From Candidatus Latescibacterota bacterium (GTDB lineage: Bacteria; Latescibacterota; UBA2968; UBA8231), in contig OY730476.1 in NCBI GenBank assembly GCA_963422735.1, positions 3,968,001-4,032,000 on the forward strand: a DNA stretch of 64,000 nt. Direction: 5' to 3'. Positions within the stretch are counted from its first letter, which is position 1. Each line of letters starts with the position of its first letter. Shown here one piece after another: positions 60,507 to 64,000 of this stretch. Position numbers and translations under genes: made by a program. The notes under the pieces were generated by a model, which was not told the DNA's origin, made no database searches, and worked only from the letters and a program-made list of their open reading frames with translations.

Positions 60507-60907
60507 CTCGGCGATGGACTGCTCCGGTGGGAACCTTCCAACGCTTCGACTCGTCGGCTGAAGCGGTTGAGTACCTCCTCACTGGAGACCAAGGACAACT
60601 TCCGCTGACTATAGGGAACGCGCATCCCGCGCTGGCGCTCTAAGGCGTTGAGTTCCCGGTCGAGCCTGAATGCCCAGTTGATACTTTCGGGAAAAAAACG
60701 GGTGCCGCTAGGCGACGAGGGCAGACGCCGGGTGTGCGTTCCCGCTTGGACGTGTATGGCTCTTATGCGCTCGACCAAGGCTCGAATTCGCTTGTGCTCC
60801 CGCCGCCATTGCCAGTGAAAATGGAGTCCTGTCGCCAAGAGAATGAATGAGGAGATCAAAAGTGGAATGGAGAACAGGAATTCCGCGATAACGTCCATAG
60901 TATCCAT
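60503..60907 (-). CDS. Hypothetical protein with an N-terminal TM helix
   Basis: GGAGG RBS; hydrophobic N-terminus. Confidence 0.55.
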   Translation of the reverse strand: MDTMDVIAEFLFSIPLLISSFILLATGLHFHWQWRREHKRIRALVERIRAIHVQAGTHTRRLPSSPSGTRFFPESINWAFRLDRELNALERQRGMRVPYSQRKLSLVSSEEVLNRFSRRVEALEGSHRSSPSPS

Positions 60908-61155
60908 GATAGAAGAATATACCTCCGTTTGCGGTTATTTATTTCATAAGACCTAAGTACACGACAGTAGTCTAAGTTGTGGTGCAGCCGTGCTTTAGGC
61001 TTATTTGTAATCGCCCAAAATTGCATCTAAATGCTAGGCACTATGGGGCCGCTTCTAATACACACATGCCCCGAGGGACCACCCTCTATGAAGGGCTGAC
61101 CCGAATCTGGTGTGCCACAAAAAAAGACCGCCCAACCAACGCTTCTTTCTCAATT

Positions 61156-62169
61156 CTAATTCCCCACTTCCACCCCCTGCACCCCAAACACTTCCCGCAA
61201 AAAATTCTCACCCATCCGCACGTAGCCAGTGGCGTCCGGGTGGAGATTGTCGGGCAGATATTCGGCGAGGCTTTCGTCGAAGAGCTTGAGACCGTCTATA
61301 TAATAGATGTGGTCGTCGCCGCGCCTTTTGAACGCTTCTACGGCTTCCGCAACCTCGCCGCGTATCTGCTCCAAGGTTAGTCCAACCGCATTGGGCGTGG
61401 TCTCGCGGTCGCGACCCCAAATCGGCGAGCAGACCGCAAACGGGGTGTGGGGATGGCCGTCGCGGATGGTGGCAATGGTGCCGAGGACAGCCGGGCGGAA
61501 GGCGCGCGGGCCGAGGCTGGCCGCGCCGTAGATGTTGATGCCGAGCTTGACCGAGATAAAGTCCGCGGGCCGGTCTCGGATCAGCCGAGCGATGAAGGGG
61601 TCGGCGTGGCACTGGCCGCCGTAGCCCAGCGACGTGAGGTTGAAGTCTCGGGCGCGCGCTACCACCCCGGGCCAAGTAGTGGCGGGCGATCCGGCAGTGC
61701 GGCAATGGGTGATGGAGCTGCCATACGTAACCCACTTCAGCCGAGTGTCTTCGCTTTTTTCGCAATGTGCTCTCTCGGGCAATCCAATGTGGCGCAGGGC
61801 GACGGGCATGGCCGGCGATAGCCAGATCTCCAAGGATTTCTCGCCCGCCGGCAAGTTCTCGAAGCGGACCTCGGTCGCGCCGGCCGCATATGAAGCGGTG
61901 GCCGCGATCTGCCCGCCGATGCACAGGTCAAAGCGGCCGTCTTCGGCCAGCGGCTCGCAGCCGACGACTAGTTCCCCGGTGTCAGTAGCGAAGCTCACCC
62001 GCACACCCGAAGGCATCTCGGCCCGCTCGGCAAGGCCGCTTTCCCCAGGCGAGTATAGGTCCAAATCCCCATGGGGAATGCGCCAAGGCTTGATCCAGCC
62101 CGGTCCCTCTTCGAGAGAGATCGCACCGCACCAGGTTAGGCGGGGATCGTTGGCAGCAATGGTCAGCAT
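61156..62169 (-). CDS. SGNH/GDSL hydrolase family protein
   Basis: YGSSITH, LGYGG, LGIN, DNLHP; start 62169 or 62193. Confidence 0.9.
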   Translation of the reverse strand: MLTIAANDPRLTWCGAISLEEGPGWIKPWRIPHGDLDLYSPGESGLAERAEMPSGVRVSFATDTGELVVGCEPLAEDGRFDLCIGGQIAATASYAAGATEVRFENLPAGEKSLEIWLSPAMPVALRHIGLPERAHCEKSEDTRLKWVTYGSSITHCRTAGSPATTWPGVVARARDFNLTSLGYGGQCHADPFIARLIRDRPADFISVKLGINIYGAASLGPRAFRPAVLGTIATIRDGHPHTPFAVCSPIWGRDRETTPNAVGLTLEQIRGEVAEAVEAFKRRGDDHIYYIDGLKLFDESLAEYLPDNLHPDATGYVRMGENFLREVFGVQGVEVGN

Positions 62170-62350
62170 AGGAGTCCTTTGGGTTGGAGCCACTGATATA
62201 GCTTAGCTCATAGGAGGTCCTGTAGCGCGGTGGCTAAAGCAATATAATATAGCATATAGCGGCATGAGCAAGGGGGAGCAACCTGCGAACCGATGACCTC
62301 CACTTGGTGCGCTGTGCCGCGTCCTTCTACCAATCTATCCGGGAGCATCC

Positions 62351-64000
62351 ATGCTTAAATTCATCGCTTTTGCCGTCCTGCTAGCCGTGCATGCCGCCCA
62401 AGCACAACTCCCCGCTGGCGGCATCCCTTTGACCCAAGGCGACTTTCTCCACTCGGCCCGCGTACCCAGTGCCACCAACCGTTCCCGAAGTCAGGTCGTA
62501 GAGGCCGAGCACGCATCATTTGACCAAGCCCTGCGCATCGAAGTTCTGCACGAGGAGGGCAATCCTTGGAGCGTCGAAACTGGCAACCCCATCGCCCTTG
62601 CAGTACAAAAGGGCGATATCGCCCTGATTCACTTTTGGGCACGGGGAATCAAGTCGAGCGACGAGACCGGCGAAGTCTTTGCCACAGTCTATGCCCAGAA
62701 AGCCGCGCCCAATTGGGACAAATCGCTCCACAAAGGGTTCAGTGTGGGGCTTGCTTGGAGCGAGTTCTTTTATCCGTTTGAATTTATCGACGAGTACGAC
62801 GCCGGCGAGGCCGAGATCAACTTCGGCGTCGGCAGGCGTCGCCAGACCATTGAAATCGCCGGTTTTGAAGTCCTGTACTACGGCAGCAGTCTATCCGTGG
62901 GCGACCTGCCCCAGACCCGCTTGACCTATGCTGGCCGCGCTCCTGACGCCGCTTGGCGACAGAGGGCTGAGGAGCGCATCAGGCAGCACCGCCAAGGCGA
63001 TTTCGCGCTACAAATCATCGGCGCGACTGGCCAGCCAGTGGCCGATGCCCCAGTCGAAGTCACTATGCAGCGCCACGCCTTCCTCTTTGGCTCGGCCCTG
63101 CAGATGTGGCGGCTGACCAGCGAGACGGCCGAAAATCAGACCTATCGCGCCATGGTCAAAGATCTCTTCAACGCCGCCTCCAACGAGAACGCCCTCAAAT
63201 GGCCGCCTTGGGATGGCGACTGGGGCCAGATCCATTTCAGTCGCGAAAAGACGCTGGCCGGATTTGCTTGGCTCAAGGCCCATGATTTTCATCGGCGCGG
63301 CCACGTCTTAGTCTGGCCTGGCTGGCGCAATCTGCCCCAAAGCATCAATGATATGGCCGACCAAGCCGACGCGGCCACGGCTATTCCCTTGCTCGTCATT
63401 GACCATATAGACGAAATCATCCAAGCCACCAAGGGACTGGTTGAGGAGTGGGACGTCATCAACGAGCCGTACACCAACCACGACCTCATAGATCTCAGCG
63501 GCGACCACGTCATGGTCGAGTGGTTCCAAGCCGCCCGCCGCAATCTCCCCGCGGCACCCCTGTACCTCAACGACTTCAACATCCTCAGCAACAATGGCCA
63601 AGATGTAGCCCACCAGAATCACTACGAGCAAACCATTCAGTATTTGCTCGATCGGGGTGCCCCCATTACCGGCTTGGGTATGCAAGGGCATTTTGGCGAC
63701 CAAGTGACGGCTCCCGAAAAACTACTGGCACTGCTCGATCGCTTCGGCCGCTTCGGCCTCGACATCAAAATCACCGAATTCGATATCAACACAACCGACC
63801 AAACTCTGCTCAATGATTATACCCGCGACTTTATGACCCTCGTCTTCAGCCACCCGGCGGTCGCCGGTTTGCAGTGGTGGGGTTTTTGGGAAAAGGCCCA
63901 CTGGCGGCCCAATGCCGCCCTGTACAACGCCGATTGGAGTCCTAGACCCCATGCACAGATCTACAAGGATTTGGTTTTTGATCAGTGGTGGACCCGCCAG
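62351..64000 (+). CDS. Secreted GH10 endo-1,4-beta-xylanase-like enzyme, runs off the window (absent from the ORF track)
   Basis: GGGAG RBS; signal peptide MLKFIAFAVLLAVHAAQA; ENALKW, RGHVLVW, WDVINEP, LYLNDFN, GMQGHF, ITEFD. Confidence 0.92.
   Translation, partial: MLKFIAFAVLLAVHAAQAQLPAGGIPLTQGDFLHSARVPSATNRSRSQVVEAEHASFDQALRIEVLHEEGNPWSVETGNPIALAVQKGDIALIHFWARGIKSSDETGEVFATVYAQKAAPNWDKSLHKGFSVGLAWSEFFYPFEFIDEYDAGEAEINFGVGRRRQTIEIAGFEVLYYGSSLSVGDLPQTRLTYAGRAPDAAWRQRAEERIRQHRQGDFALQIIGATGQPVADAPVEVTMQRHAFLFGSALQMWRLTSETAENQTYRAMVKDLFNAASNENALKWPPWDGDWGQIHFSREKTLAGFAWLKAHDFHRRGHVLVWPGWRNLPQSINDMADQADAATAIPLLVIDHIDEIIQATKGLVEEWDVINEPYTNHDLIDLSGDHVMVEWFQAARRNLPAAPLYLNDFNILSNNGQDVAHQNHYEQTIQYLLDRGAPITGLGMQGHFGDQVTAPEKLLALLDRFGRFGLDIKITEFDINTTDQTLLNDYTRDFMTLVFSHPAVAGLQWWGFWEKAHWRPNAALYNADWSPRPHAQIYKDLVFDQWWTRQ

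Overview
A GC-rich bacterial chromosomal segment. Gene content (four PhyH dioxygenases, Gfo/Idh/MocA oxidoreductases, amidohydrolases, FCB-type outer-membrane proteins) suggests an FCB-group organism such as Ca. Latescibacterota, possibly host-associated; this placement is inference only. Intact core genes (nadC, purA, selB, Sua5/YrdC family, aspS, glcB, csp, tRNA-Glu) alternate with accessory islets: a DUF1998 helicase, an intact C5 methyltransferase plus putative endonuclease, a decayed BsuBI/PstI-type R-M system, four toxin-antitoxin loci and several pseudogenes. The most striking unannotated feature is the 370-bp leader of aspS. It appears to hold two ribosome-dependent transcription attenuators in tandem: leader peptides with NNN and NDNDNN control codons, each followed by an antiterminator/terminator pair, upstream of an AspRS with the non-discriminating RDHG signature. 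Other hidden features are a 232-bp MITE-like element with an 8-bp target duplication inside the restriction endonuclease gene, a (TAGA)4 tract breaking the cognate methylase, toxin-biased TA decay, an L7Ae-like gene coupled to purA, and three repeated mini-hairpins upstream of a csp-RRM operon. All family calls come from motif recognition by eye; no searches were run.
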